Source: a virus
Virus record (IMG/VR): IMGVR_UViG_3300015360_000032
Location: 1 to 64,000 of that record
Reading direction: 5' to 3' (one strand)
Length of the DNA stretch: 64,000 nt
Below, piece by piece: positions 18,036 through 27,872 of this stretch. The first letter of the stretch is position 1. Each line of letters begins with the position of its first letter. A program made the position numbers and the translations under genes. The notes under the pieces were generated by a model. It worked only from the letters and a program-made list of their open reading frames with translations. It did not search any database and was not told the origin of the DNA.

Positions 18036-18995
18036 TTAGAACAGTCTTGCCCCTCGAATCATCGATTCGAATTCCTCGGGCTGTAGTTCGCCCGGGTCCT
18101 TGCAGTCGGCGGGGTACTTGACCTTCATCACAGGTACGTACTTCTCGATTAGGGTTCCGGCATTCTTGACGCCCTTTTCCCCCGCCGCATCGTTGTCATA
18201 AAACAAATAAACAGGCAATCCGAAGTCTTTGAGAATTGCTGCCTGCTTCTCCGTCATTGTACTATGCATAACCGCGACTGCTGGCTGTCCACATTCCCAT
18301 CCATTGGCATAGTCGAAGAGCCCTTCGACAACCAGAATCTTGTCGGGCTTCGTCTGCGCGATCAGGTGTGATCCGAGTAGGCATGCCGCTTTCTTTAGGC
18401 CGTAGTAGTCCCGTACTTTCAGTCTGGCTTGGCCCGTGACATCTCTGCCGGTGAGGCCGTACAGGTCTCCCCCCGGCCCGAAGACGGGAAACAGTATTCT
18501 CTCTGCCCCATCGGCAGGGTCGTGAGGATCAATCATCAGTTGCAGAAGCCCCGCCGTCTCATCCGAGATGCCGCGCTCGATCAGGTACGGGTGGCCTGCT
18601 GCGCTGTCGTACAAGTCCAGATACAGTTCTCTGGCGAGGGCGTGTAGTTCGTCGTCATCCGCTCGCGGGGTATCCCAATCAGGCAAAACGCGGGGGCCAA
18701 GGTATGACTCCTCCTCGATTTCACCTATCAAGTCTCCAAGGTCTTCCCCCGTGTAGTCGGCATACCTTTTGAGCATGGCGTGGAAGGGGGCTTTGTTGTC
18801 ACATGTGAAGCAATTGAAGATGCTTGTCCCTGTCGGATTGATTGAGATACCTGCGGATTCTCTGGTGTCACGTCCATGACGGTGTTCGGCCTGCCATCTA
18901 GCTAGCGGGCACCTAATGGATATCCATCCATTGATTTCTTTTCCACCTTCGCCAAAAACCTCCCGCAGAACTTGGTTGATACCATCTGCGTTCAT
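18036..18995 (-). CDS. DNA primase (Zn finger + TOPRIM)
   Basis: CP...H...CFTC; VVEGLFD, FYDNDAAG and KDPGE motifs. Confidence 0.9.
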   Translation of the reverse strand: MNADGINQVLREVFGEGGKEINGWISIRCPLARWQAEHRHGRDTRESAGISINPTGTSIFNCFTCDNKAPFHAMLKRYADYTGEDLGDLIGEIEEESYLGPRVLPDWDTPRADDDELHALARELYLDLYDSAAGHPYLIERGISDETAGLLQLMIDPHDPADGAERILFPVFGPGGDLYGLTGRDVTGQARLKVRDYYGLKKAACLLGSHLIAQTKPDKILVVEGLFDYANGWECGQPAVAVMHSTMTEKQAAILKDFGLPVYLFYDNDAAGEKGVKNAGTLIEKYVPVMKVKYPADCKDPGELQPEEFESMIRGARLF

Positions 18996-18998
18996 AGT

Positions 18999-19550
18999 TT
19001 ACTTTGTGCGAGTCTTGATCTTGCAGCGCTCGATTTTCAATCGCTTGCCCATGAGTTGCCCTGGCGTGACATCAGCGATATCCAGTAACTCTTTCTCCGT
19101 AAGGTGCTGCCTTGCCTTGCCGAGCGCTACATCAATTGAACTCCAGAAGATTTCGTTGTTGACCTTGGCGCGGAAGCTCTTCGGGTCAACGAAGGTTTTC
19201 TGGTTGCTCCACTGCTCTACGATCTTGGCGAGGTGTACCCCGTTCGTATGCTCAAGCAGGTTCGCATCGTTCAAGATAGCGTGGACTGTCTCAGTGGCAT
19301 CATTCAGTGCTTGGGTTGCCTCGTCGATCTGGTGTTCGGCTTTTGAAATCAATTTCAATTGCTCGTCGATCCTCTTTCGTGCCGATGCTTCTTTGGCAAA
19401 TTTCTGGTTTGCCCCTTCCTCCCGGGCGAGACTGGTTCGAAGCACTAGCGTCTTGGCTTTGTCTGTCCTTGCCGCTATCACTTTCTCCATTGCGGAGGTT
19501 TCTACTTTCTTCTGCCCAACTTGCGCCCTAGTACGCAGCATGACTGCCAT
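18999..19550 (-). CDS. Hypothetical coiled-coil protein
   Basis: ORF with RBS between polymerase and primase. Confidence 0.6.
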   Translation of the reverse strand: MAVMLRTRAQVGQKKVETSAMEKVIAARTDKAKTLVLRTSLAREEGANQKFAKEASARKRIDEQLKLISKAEHQIDEATQALNDATETVHAILNDANLLEHTNGVHLAKIVEQWSNQKTFVDPKSFRAKVNNEIFWSSIDVALGKARQHLTEKELLDIADVTPGQLMGKRLKIERCKIKTRTK

Positions 19551-19575
19551 GGTATGAACTCCTTTTTGTGGATTG

Positions 19576-22506
19576 TCAAACGGGGGGTCTAGCCCTACGC
19601 ATTATATGCGCGGAACGGGCTCTCTTTTCCTCCGCCACCTTAACTATTTTATTGCGGCGATTGATAACCATTTGCTTCAGGCTACGCTCTATCCGCTTTT
19701 CTACTTGACGGTTCGTGCCCGCGCGCATCAGGCGATAACGGCGCACAGCGACATGGACGCTTTCATCCTCCGTGTCCTCAGGGGTGGTGTATGCGGAGCG
19801 TTGCAAACGGCCATTGTTTGGGGGGGTTTTCTGTCGGGGTACCTGGATCAAGGGGTTGCCGTCCTTGTCCGTCAAACCGGCGAAATTGAAAGGTTTGTCG
19901 AGGGTGAATCCATCGCATTCGTGGACCGCCCCTAGATTCTCTCCGAACCCAACGTCCGCGACAATGGGCACCTTGAGAGTGAGACCAAAGCGCTCGTGCA
20001 GGGGATTGGTTTCCATGTATCGCTTCAGAGTCTTCATGCCCCAGTCAACGTATTCCTTCTTGACGTAGGCAATGATGGAGTCGTGGACGAAGCCAACAAT
20101 TTGCATAGCTTCGGGGTCTAGCTCCTCATTCATTCTGCCCTGCGCCATCACGCCTAGGCTTGACCCGAACTCCTGCACCGGGGCATTGATCGATTGACGG
20201 CCCGCCTCCTGCTGAATGAATTCCTCGGGTGAGTCGATCATCGGGAGGTGACGGATGCGGCCAGAGAAGGAGCGCACGAACTTGTTCTTCTGTGCGAAGC
20301 CGCGCATGGCCTTGTGCCACGGCTCCAATGAACGGTACTTGGTAAAGAAGTTACTCCGGATGCGCTGCGCGTCCTTCTCGGTAAAGGTGACACCGTAGTC
20401 AGTCTTTGCGTAGCCAATGAACTTGCGCCAGCCCATTCCGTAGATGAATCCGAAATTCACGGCCTTAGCTTTTTGACGGTACTCCTTTTGTTTGTCCTTG
20501 GGCAGTAGGTTGAACTGCTCGACCGTGAGGCCGGCGACGATAGCCGCAGTTGCGCGGTGGATGTCCCCGCCGATGCGATAGATTTCAATCATCGCCTTGT
20601 CACCCGACATGCACGCTGCAATGCGTAGCTCTGCCTGAGACAAGTCAACTTCAATGGCATAGTAGCCGGGAGGGGCCACGAACATCTCGCGGTATGCCTT
20701 GGCTTTCTTTCCGCGCTTGGGGAAATTCTGGCCGTTCGGGTCGTCGGAGCTTGAGCGCCCGGTGACGGCCTTGTGGAGGTGATAGTTAGGACGGACCTTA
20801 CCGCCACGGATGTACTTCTTTTCGAAGCTAATCACGCTCTTGGTCAGCAACGATTCGTCTTGAACGTACTGTGCAAGCTGAACAGTGAACGGCTCGTGGT
20901 CAAAGAAGTACGGGAGGTGATCCTTGGAGGAGACAGAGGGTTCCCGCAACGTCTCGTCATGCAGGTTCTTCGTGCTGTCTGTGAACACCTTCGGCTTGAG
21001 GCGAAACCCACGAGGGTGGGTGAACAGGACTTGCTTTGTAAACTCGGTTCGCGTGAAGCTCAGTGCGTCCTCTGGTGTTTTTTTCTTGTTCGCCGGCTTG
21101 TTCAGAAAGTCAACGACGATGGCTTGCTTCAGGTCGCGCGGTATCTGCCGCAGCAGATCGGACTTTTGTTGCGCGACTTCCTCGATCATGGTCTGCTTGA
21201 AGTTGGCGAGTGCAGTCCCTTCATCGATATACATGCCCCGCGTTTCTAGCGCAGCGAAAGCGTTCAAGCCAGGAATCGTGATGTTGCAGTAGTGAGCCCA
21301 AAGGTAGTCATCGGCCATGATGTCGGACTCTAGCCGCGAGTAGAGACGGAACGCAGCATCGGTATCCCCGCAACCGTAGCCGCACATCTCTGCAATGGGT
21401 ACCTCCCACATGCGGGACTTGTCGTACGTGGCATTGAACACGTCGGCGTATCCGCCCATCTCGGGTACGTAGATTTTCGTCAGTACGTCGAGGTTTTTTT
21501 CTGGCAGGTTCTCGTCAAGGAGTGCAGCCATCATCAGCGTGTCGCCGCCGATACGGAAACGAATGCCCTCTGCCATCCAAAGCCCAACGTTATCAAACTT
21601 GGGATTTTGCCCAACCACTACCCGATCCGGCTTGCAGAGTAGCCGACGCAGTTGGTTGCGCAGCTTGGGTTTCTTGCCCTCGGGTATGGGGTTCTCCGGG
21701 TGATCCCAGACCAGCATGTATCCCTTGCCCGCCGCCGTGGTGAACTGCATCGTCAGAATTTGAAACTTGGGCTTGAATGTAGACTTGCCCTTGTGAAGCG
21801 CCGGCCGGTAGCTGCGGACATCGGCTCCCTCTTGGTACCAGCGAAGGCCCGTCGTCTCCGTGTCGAACGACAGTAGCTCCGCATCCTCTTCGATAAGGAA
21901 TTCCAGATCATCGATAAGCTCGTACTCGCCTTTCTGCTGGCTCGCGGCGGCAGCGACATCGTACTCAGCATCGACTGACCGAGAGAACGATTGGACATCC
22001 GCATCGAACACGGGAGCGTTCTGCGGGTACATGACGACGACGCCAGGAGACATCATCGGGAACACCGCGCAACCAAGCTCTTCAGACTGGCTTACAAACC
22101 CCCGGACCTTGGTAATCTTCGTGGCCTTGCCGAACACCTGAGACGCGGCGGCAGCACCTAGCGGGATAATTGCCTCGTAGTCGTGAGACTCGACTTCCGC
22201 CTGAAAGTGCTGGCGACAGTGCTTCATAGCCGCAGTCTTTATCTTCTGGACATGGGCATTGGGGTCGTACGCGCAATGACAGGTCGGGGTGAACCTGAAG
22301 TCCCCCTTGCCGAATCCAATGTCAATGAGTTTGCCGCTCAGCATCTTCGACTGATGGTTCGTCATCAATCGATCTTCTTCCGCCGACTTCATGGACGGGA
22401 CATCGGTGACGATCAGGAAGCGAGCATCCTCGGGGCCGCGCGCCCCCAGAGGAAGGTAGACGCCCTGGATTGGGCAGCCTTCACATAGGTCGGGGTTAAA
22501 GCTCAC
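19576..22506 (-). CDS. polA: Family A DNA polymerase with N-terminal uracil-DNA-glycosylase-like domain and 3'-5' exonuclease
   Basis: FDTETTG (exo I), DLSQAELR (A), RQKAKAVNFGFIYG (B), VHDS (C); N-terminal CEGC...C...C with a UDG family 4-like layout. Confidence 0.93.
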   Translation of the reverse strand: MSFNPDLCEGCPIQGVYLPLGARGPEDARFLIVTDVPSMKSAEEDRLMTNHQSKMLSGKLIDIGFGKGDFRFTPTCHCAYDPNAHVQKIKTAAMKHCRQHFQAEVESHDYEAIIPLGAAAASQVFGKATKITKVRGFVSQSEELGCAVFPMMSPGVVVMYPQNAPVFDADVQSFSRSVDAEYDVAAAASQQKGEYELIDDLEFLIEEDAELLSFDTETTGLRWYQEGADVRSYRPALHKGKSTFKPKFQILTMQFTTAAGKGYMLVWDHPENPIPEGKKPKLRNQLRRLLCKPDRVVVGQNPKFDNVGLWMAEGIRFRIGGDTLMMAALLDENLPEKNLDVLTKIYVPEMGGYADVFNATYDKSRMWEVPIAEMCGYGCGDTDAAFRLYSRLESDIMADDYLWAHYCNITIPGLNAFAALETRGMYIDEGTALANFKQTMIEEVAQQKSDLLRQIPRDLKQAIVVDFLNKPANKKKTPEDALSFTRTEFTKQVLFTHPRGFRLKPKVFTDSTKNLHDETLREPSVSSKDHLPYFFDHEPFTVQLAQYVQDESLLTKSVISFEKKYIRGGKVRPNYHLHKAVTGRSSSDDPNGQNFPKRGKKAKAYREMFVAPPGYYAIEVDLSQAELRIAACMSGDKAMIEIYRIGGDIHRATAAIVAGLTVEQFNLLPKDKQKEYRQKAKAVNFGFIYGMGWRKFIGYAKTDYGVTFTEKDAQRIRSNFFTKYRSLEPWHKAMRGFAQKNKFVRSFSGRIRHLPMIDSPEEFIQQEAGRQSINAPVQEFGSSLGVMAQGRMNEELDPEAMQIVGFVHDSIIAYVKKEYVDWGMKTLKRYMETNPLHERFGLTLKVPIVADVGFGENLGAVHECDGFTLDKPFNFAGLTDKDGNPLIQVPRQKTPPNNGRLQRSAYTTPEDTEDESVHVAVRRYRLMRAGTNRQVEKRIERSLKQMVINRRNKIVKVAEEKRARSAHIMRRARPPV

Positions 22507-22745
22507 AGGGGGTCGCGCTCCATCTTTGACTGTACGGCACTGATTGCAAGGATCAGTCTCTCTCGCGCACTGTCCTGCATAATTTGCGCGGCATCAGCGG
22601 CGGTGTCTGCCACGGCCCGCGCCTGTATCGCTTTGGCAAGCTGCACTGCCTCTACCGAGTACCTGTGTCCCCGGCAGTACGCGGCTAGGCTAAAGGGGAC
22701 ATCCATGTACCGCGAGAAAATATCCATCGGTGCTAGATCGCTCAT
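22503..22745 (-). CDS. Hypothetical protein
   Basis: ORF coupled to polymerase. Confidence 0.5.
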   Translation of the reverse strand: MSDLAPMDIFSRYMDVPFSLAAYCRGHRYSVEAVQLAKAIQARAVADTAADAAQIMQDSARERLILAISAVQSKMERDPL

Positions 22746-22748
22746 TGC

Positions 22749-24068
22749 TCACTCCCTGTAATAGTCAGAGGTTCTTCGCCCAGGGTCTGGAGACCGCCGG
22801 CCCATCCACTGAACGGTGCCCTCGGTTACTTCCCCTTCCGCCTCGCGCTCTGCAACACTCATTTCGCCCATGTCGAGCGGAGCAAATTTGAAATTGATTG
22901 CAACGCTGCCGTGTTCACCCTCTCTGCCCTTTAGAAAGTCGAACACTCTGGAGTCACGAACATTCTCTGTGGGGCCGTCTTTGAGGGCGATGACCTGAGA
23001 CGAGTGGGTGCCCACCGCATCAGTGAAGCTGATGGTTTCAAGGCTTCCCTCTTTGCCCGACCGTCCCGCCTGCCGGTTAAACTGAGTGGACAGGACGAAG
23101 GGGCATCCGATGTCTAGGTTCATGCCGCGTAGCTCATCGTAGACCGCATGGACTTTTTCTGTTCGGTTGGCGTTGCGCCCCATCTCGCTAGGGCGGAGCA
23201 AGTATACCCCATCAATGAAGATGATATCGGGTGCGAATTCATCAGCAAGGCGAGCGATGGAATCGCACTTGGCATTCATGCCGACGCTGAATACTTTGAA
23301 CCTCTCCCCGCCGATCATATCTCGGTAGACTGCGTTGATGCGCTCTCGCATGTAGGTGGAGATAGTGCCGTTCTTCAGCAATGTGGGGTTCACGCCGGTA
23401 ACTAGGGCAGCGTAGCGGCGAGCCATCTGCTCGATACTCATCTCCGTGGTGACGAACAGGACATGCGCCCCGGCAAGGTGAGCGTTCTGTGCCTGCCTCA
23501 GCATCACATACGTTTTGCCGAGCCCCATTCTCCCTACCCAGGTGATCATGTCACCGTTCTGGTAGCCGCCTGTCATGTAGTCAAAAGTGGGCCAGCCGGT
23601 GGTGATGCCAGATACGCCGCCCGTTCCTTGGATTTGTCTCAGTCTGGCGGTTACGAGGTGGCCTGCCTCATTCATGTTCATTGCCTCGCCGGTCTGGCTT
23701 GCGCCCCTGCGCCGACGACGCAGCACGGACGATATCCCGGAGACCGTGTCGGCCACTAGCGCCATGTTCTTTGTTGCCAGTGCCTCCCGCAGAGGCCCGA
23801 ACCGATCCCGGATCAGGTTGTACTCGTACCGCTCGTTAACAAGGTCGATGTAGTAGGCCAGGGGTTCATTGGCAGCGGGCAGTCGAATGCCAAGCTCTTC
23901 CTGCACTGTCTGGCTGGCCGGCAATTCTCTGTACTGTCGGAGGTGTCCTCTCACAAAGTCGTATGCTGTTATCTCCTGATCTAAAAGCATTTCTCGCTCG
24001 ACCGACGACAACGCCCTGGGGGAGTTGGCAGTTAAAGCTGCTGAAATCAATTTCAAACCGTCGCTCAT
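22749..24068 (-). CDS. dnaB: DnaB-like replicative helicase
   Basis: GRMGLGKT, VTTEMS, FIDGVYL, QFNR and KGREG motifs. Confidence 0.92.
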   Translation of the reverse strand: MSDGLKLISAALTANSPRALSSVEREMLLDQEITAYDFVRGHLRQYRELPASQTVQEELGIRLPAANEPLAYYIDLVNERYEYNLIRDRFGPLREALATKNMALVADTVSGISSVLRRRRRGASQTGEAMNMNEAGHLVTARLRQIQGTGGVSGITTGWPTFDYMTGGYQNGDMITWVGRMGLGKTYVMLRQAQNAHLAGAHVLFVTTEMSIEQMARRYAALVTGVNPTLLKNGTISTYMRERINAVYRDMIGGERFKVFSVGMNAKCDSIARLADEFAPDIIFIDGVYLLRPSEMGRNANRTEKVHAVYDELRGMNLDIGCPFVLSTQFNRQAGRSGKEGSLETISFTDAVGTHSSQVIALKDGPTENVRDSRVFDFLKGREGEHGSVAINFKFAPLDMGEMSVAEREAEGEVTEGTVQWMGRRSPDPGRRTSDYYRE

Positions 24069-24075
24069 GTATCGC

Positions 24076-24681
24076 TTACTTTATTGGAATTGCGTGGAAG
24101 CTAGAGAAAAGCTCTAGGAACTCTGGCAAGTACGGGGCGGGTTCGTCTAGGTCAAGCTCGCCAAGGATTAGGCCACCGCCGCTGTTCACATGTCTTGCCA
24201 GAATGTGCTGGGCGTATTGCCATTCGTGCTTGGGCCAATCTTCAATGCTGCGAGAAATGTCAGGTACTACGAGATACCCCCTCCCGTCGAGGTTTGCAGC
24301 TTCCTCCAAACTCGCGCGGGGGTCTAGGGCATACCTAGCCCACATGAAAAGCTGAGCAATGGGTACGTATTGGACTGACTTGTTCCGAACAACTAGCTCC
24401 TTCGCAAAGATAGCACAGGCCCGTATCACTCGACCCTGCTTTGCATTGGGTACCCTTTGCAACAGGTAGCTTCGATAACCGAACTCACCCATTGAGTACG
24501 AGCCCTCTTCGAGGATGCCAGCTAAAATTAATTGCCTGTCATCTTCAAGGCTCTCCTCGTAAGCGTAGATAGGAATCTTTGCCGCGCGCATTCTAGCCAG
24601 CATGCCAACATTGTTAGCGGCCATGCTTGGCATAGTTCTTCGTTCCACCCTCCTGCCACTCCGGGGGTTCCCAATCATCAT
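24076..24681 (-). CDS. Possible degenerate DnaC/IstB-like helicase loader
   Basis: Position between initiator and DnaB; KSVQYV and YLVVPDI echo loader strands, but there is no Walker A. Confidence 0.4.
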   Translation of the reverse strand: MMIGNPRSGRRVERRTMPSMAANNVGMLARMRAAKIPIYAYEESLEDDRQLILAGILEEGSYSMGEFGYRSYLLQRVPNAKQGRVIRACAIFAKELVVRNKSVQYVPIAQLFMWARYALDPRASLEEAANLDGRGYLVVPDISRSIEDWPKHEWQYAQHILARHVNSGGGLILGELDLDEPAPYLPEFLELFSSFHAIPIK

Positions 24682-26011
24682 CTAGCTCCTTGTTTGATTC
24701 TTTTACGTTGATGGTGGTTAGAGGCGTCAAGGGCGCGCGACGAGTGCGGCGCATAACCTCTAAGGTATTTCTTGATGTTTGTCTTTCCGTCGCAAGCGCG
24801 GATTCAAGCTCTGCGATCCGCTGCTGATCGCCGGTCTTCTTGCTTATGTTCAGGTTGCCCCTGCGGTTAGCGTAGGCCGCGATGAAGTAAGGCAGTCGGT
24901 AGGCCAGCGGGGAAAAGCTCGGGGCCTCAGGAAGAACACTGCCCTTCGAGTACCTGCCCGGGTCCCGTATGAAAGCCGCGCGATTTTGCAGATGAAGTAT
25001 CGTCCACTCGCGGATGCAGAATTCTATGAAGTCGCGTAGGTCAGGTAGCTCGGCAGCCCGTATTCGTTTCTTCATCACGCCGAATGCTCTTTCGGTGACG
25101 ATGATTCTCGGTAGCTCGGGATGATGCACCTTCATGCATGTGTCCAGCATCGCCTGCAAATTCGCGGTGTTGATTTCTCCCGACACGGCGGCGGCGACCC
25201 GGGCAACCCGGCGAACAACACTGGCCTTGGTAGCAGACGCAATTGCCTCCATCGCTGTGTCGTGGGCGGGACCAACGGGGCGAGGTTTTTTGGGTGCTGG
25301 TAAGTTGTGCATACCTACTGAATTTTTGGTTTGAATTTCCGCAGCTACCATCGCCGTGTCGAAGACCGGCGAAAGTAGTTGGTTAGATTTATCTAACCTG
25401 AGATTTGTATGCATTGCCGAAGGCAATACATGTATATTACATGAAGAGGTGTGAAAGTTTTTTATAGGGGGGGTCCCCGTTTTCTTGGCTGCGCGGGCCA
25501 CCCTCTCCTCTACTTTCAGCCTCTTTTCTTCAATAACTTTGGCCTCAATAGCGACTAAAAGACGGAGGTTTCTCCCCTCTACATCGCATGTATTGGCTAT
25601 CTTTTTGACATTGATTTCAAACATTCTGGAGTCATTTTCAGCGCCGGAAGCCCTAGACTTTACGCAGTGAGCATGCACAATATCTGACTCTATCAGGGCC
25701 TTTAGATGCTTTCGAATAGTCGGGAGTGACAGTTGAAGTGGCTTGATAAACTGCTCATCGTCGCCCTCAATACCCTCTAAAAACTCTCGATAGGGGACTC
25801 TCTCCGCCGCTTTCCCTACCAATATTGTCCTGTTTGCCAGCCATAAAAGGATCGAGATGGCGGAAGGATCGAGGGTGCAGACCAATTCGCGGGCTACGAC
25901 GGACAGAAAAAGAGACCCGTATTCCAGCCTCGCGGAAATAATATCTTCCTTGTCCTTGATTACAGCGGTGTATTCCCGCTGAAGGTAGGTGTAGATCATT
26001 TTTCTTCCCAC
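24614..26011 (-). CDS. Putative replication initiator (N-terminal winged HTH)
   Basis: ILLWLANRT...LSLPTIRKHLKALIES; lies upstream of loader and helicase. Confidence 0.5.
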   Translation of the reverse strand: MGRKMIYTYLQREYTAVIKDKEDIISARLEYGSLFLSVVARELVCTLDPSAISILLWLANRTILVGKAAERVPYREFLEGIEGDDEQFIKPLQLSLPTIRKHLKALIESDIVHAHCVKSRASGAENDSRMFEINVKKIANTCDVEGRNLRLLVAIEAKVIEEKRLKVEERVARAAKKTGTPPIKNFHTSSCNIHVLPSAMHTNLRLDKSNQLLSPVFDTAMVAAEIQTKNSVGMHNLPAPKKPRPVGPAHDTAMEAIASATKASVVRRVARVAAAVSGEINTANLQAMLDTCMKVHHPELPRIIVTERAFGVMKKRIRAAELPDLRDFIEFCIREWTILHLQNRAAFIRDPGRYSKGSVLPEAPSFSPLAYRLPYFIAAYANRRGNLNISKKTGDQQRIAELESALATERQTSRNTLEVMRRTRRAPLTPLTTINVKESNKELDDDWEPPEWQEGGTKNYAKHGR

Positions 26012-26532
26012 TCTACTAGGACATCGACTACCTTTTTTTCCCCTAAAGAGTCCTTGATCATCGCCTCTATAGCCTCTTGGTAGTTAGATAACTTCATCGG
26101 CAGAAGGCGAAAAACAATCGGGGTATCCATACTCCAATGCACTCCTGCCGATGTCAGGGGGTCTAAGGTGAAGTGCTTTGTGTACCTCTTCGGGTCATAA
26201 ACCCTGTTCTCTTGGGGGTCGTTGAGTACCGCGCCACGGAAATGCAAGTCTTGCAAGGCGCTGATGTAGTCGAGAAGCCTCATGGATACGGGACCCCCGA
26301 AGATCATGCCATTGATGCGCGTGACGTTCTCTGTAGCCTCCCGACCCGTCATTACATACTGGTCTACCCCAAGTAAGTGCATCCTACCGCAGACCTGTGC
26401 CCCCAAAAACAGCGCATCCTTGCAGATAGCTCCTGAGATAAAAAGCGAATTCAGTGCGTAGGCCACCTGTATTGCACAGACATTTTCTTCTCCCGCCTCT
26501 GTTTCAGGCGGGAAGTCCAGTATGTCAGCCAT
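25996..26532 (-). CDS. Hypothetical protein
   Basis: ORF in operon. Confidence 0.6.
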   Translation of the reverse strand: MADILDFPPETEAGEENVCAIQVAYALNSLFISGAICKDALFLGAQVCGRMHLLGVDQYVMTGREATENVTRINGMIFGGPVSMRLLDYISALQDLHFRGAVLNDPQENRVYDPKRYTKHFTLDPLTSAGVHWSMDTPIVFRLLPMKLSNYQEAIEAMIKDSLGEKKVVDVLVEWEEK

Positions 26533-26535
26533 GTT

Positions 26536-26850
26536 CTACACCATCGTATAAAGGTGTGAGGAGTGCCCGAAGCCTACGGGTGAGCCCGGTTTGACTTCGA
26601 GAAACTTGTTCCTTGTAAGCCACTCTATCGCGTAATTCATTGTCTCCCTTCGGCATCCCGTGCCCTCCACGAATTCTCCCTCCTTTTCAAACCCCTCGTT
26701 TATCTGCCGAAGAGTAAGCTCTAGAGGGAACCCTCCCGTTAGCTCGGCGGCTCCGATAAACCAGACGGCTAGTCGGGCGGTGGCGTTAGAGATATCAGGA
26801 TGTTTGTAGGTAACCTTGCGACAGAAGTTCATCGCTAAATTCGGCGACAT
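26536..26850 (-). CDS. Small winged-helix-like protein
   Basis: GCRRETMNYAIEWLTRNKFLEV; strong AGGAGG RBS. Confidence 0.55.
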   Translation of the reverse strand: MSPNLAMNFCRKVTYKHPDISNATARLAVWFIGAAELTGGFPLELTLRQINEGFEKEGEFVEGTGCRRETMNYAIEWLTRNKFLEVKPGSPVGFGHSSHLYTMV

Positions 26851-26864
26851 GCGGGACCCTCCTA

Positions 26865-26906
26865 AATGTATGCGTACATTCTAGTGCATATCCTTCCAGG
26901 AGTCAA
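26865..26906 (-). promoter_or_regulatory. sigma70 promoter TTGACT-N17-TAGAAT with overlapping inverted repeat AATGTA-N4-TACATT
   Basis: -35 at 26901-26906, -10 at 26878-26883, inverted repeat at 26865-26880; heads the replication gene block. Confidence 0.65.
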
Positions 26907-27178
26907 TCGTCGTCGCGCTCTCCCGAGGCTCGACGTTTCATATCAATTTCCCCTGGCGAGAGCGCCCGCATGCGGGGGTAAATTGTGTGCAATTTGTAGG
27001 CTTTAACCGGCGCGGGAGCCCTGGCGGGTACGTGGATGCTCCGGGCTCTGGTCTCAAGAATTTGCCGGTGAATTGGGTCCTCCAGATACTCGTCTAGAGA
27101 CACCCTCCAATGATCGCGGCGTATGGCATTGAACGCCCGAAACAACAATTCTCTGCTGACTGGCGGGCGTTCGGGCAT
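26903..27178 (-). CDS. Hypothetical protein
   Basis: C-terminal DMKRRASGERDD pattern seen in proteobacterial phage proteins. Confidence 0.55.
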   Translation of the reverse strand: MPERPPVSRELLFRAFNAIRRDHWRVSLDEYLEDPIHRQILETRARSIHVPARAPAPVKAYKLHTIYPRMRALSPGEIDMKRRASGERDDD

Positions 27179-27180
27179 GA

Positions 27181-27531
27181 TCAGAGGGCCGGCAGGTTAG
27201 GGGTGATTCCCCGGATAAACTTCAGAGCCGCGAGCCCTTCGGTACTATTGCGCCCAACCCCCTCAAGACGACAGGCATTCAGCCAAGCTACCTCCACTTG
27301 ACGAGCCCCTTCATAACTCTTAAAGCCTTCGCAGAGTTCTGGCGGGTAGCTGAGAGGAATAGCGGAATCATCGTTTGGGTAACAAAGCGACCACGTTTGA
27401 GTCTCTTCATTGAATTTGATTTCAGTCGCTCGGTGAATCTCTTGCCTACCTAGAAACCCGAGGGGAAACTTGTCGTTGTGCATGGCCTGCACCTCCCCTG
27501 CCGGAGTGAAGTCGATGACGTGTCCTACCAT
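27181..27531 (-). CDS. Hypothetical protein of the DUF1257/DUF2997 neighbourhood
   Basis: LG...IHRATEIKFN...W pattern; RBS. Confidence 0.6.
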   Translation of the reverse strand: MVGHVIDFTPAGEVQAMHNDKFPLGFLGRQEIHRATEIKFNEETQTWSLCYPNDDSAIPLSYPPELCEGFKSYEGARQVEVAWLNACRLEGVGRNSTEGLAALKFIRGITPNLPAL

Positions 27532-27555
27532 GGTATCTCTCCTTTGAAATCAATG

Positions 27556-27870
27556 TCAAAAGTTTCCGGGTTGCGCAACCGCGCGGGTGAGTGCCATCAT
27601 GCCCTCTTGGAAGTGCGTCTTAGCGACGGCTATCCAGCGGGTTGGCTCGGCTTGCTGGATTCTCAAAAACTCGGCATCTTGCTCTGCGGTCAAATCCCCC
27701 TCATGCTCCGCGCCGCGAAGGGCATCGGTAGCCTGATGCTTCAAGTGTATCTGGGCCTTCAGCAAAAGAATCGCTAGGGCGAAACCCTCTTGCTTGATTT
27801 CATTCATCAGGTTAATTTCTTCCGCGCTCAGATCACGGTACCCTTTGATCAGTCGATGTTGATTTTCCAT
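27556..27870 (-). CDS. acb2: Anti-CBASS cyclic-oligonucleotide sponge Acb2
   Basis: MENQHRLIKGYRDLSAEEI...AEPTRW..AKTHFQEGMMALTRAVAQP closely matches the Acb2 signature as I recall it. Confidence 0.88.
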   Translation of the reverse strand: MENQHRLIKGYRDLSAEEINLMNEIKQEGFALAILLLKAQIHLKHQATDALRGAEHEGDLTAEQDAEFLRIQQAEPTRWIAVAKTHFQEGMMALTRAVAQPGNF

Positions 27871-27872
27871 GG

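Noticed and set aside
19576-22506. Intron or intein in the polymerase (also checked helicases and the visible part of TerL)
   Set aside because: Frames are continuous, lengths are explained by recognised domains, and I saw no splicing or homing-endonuclease motifs.
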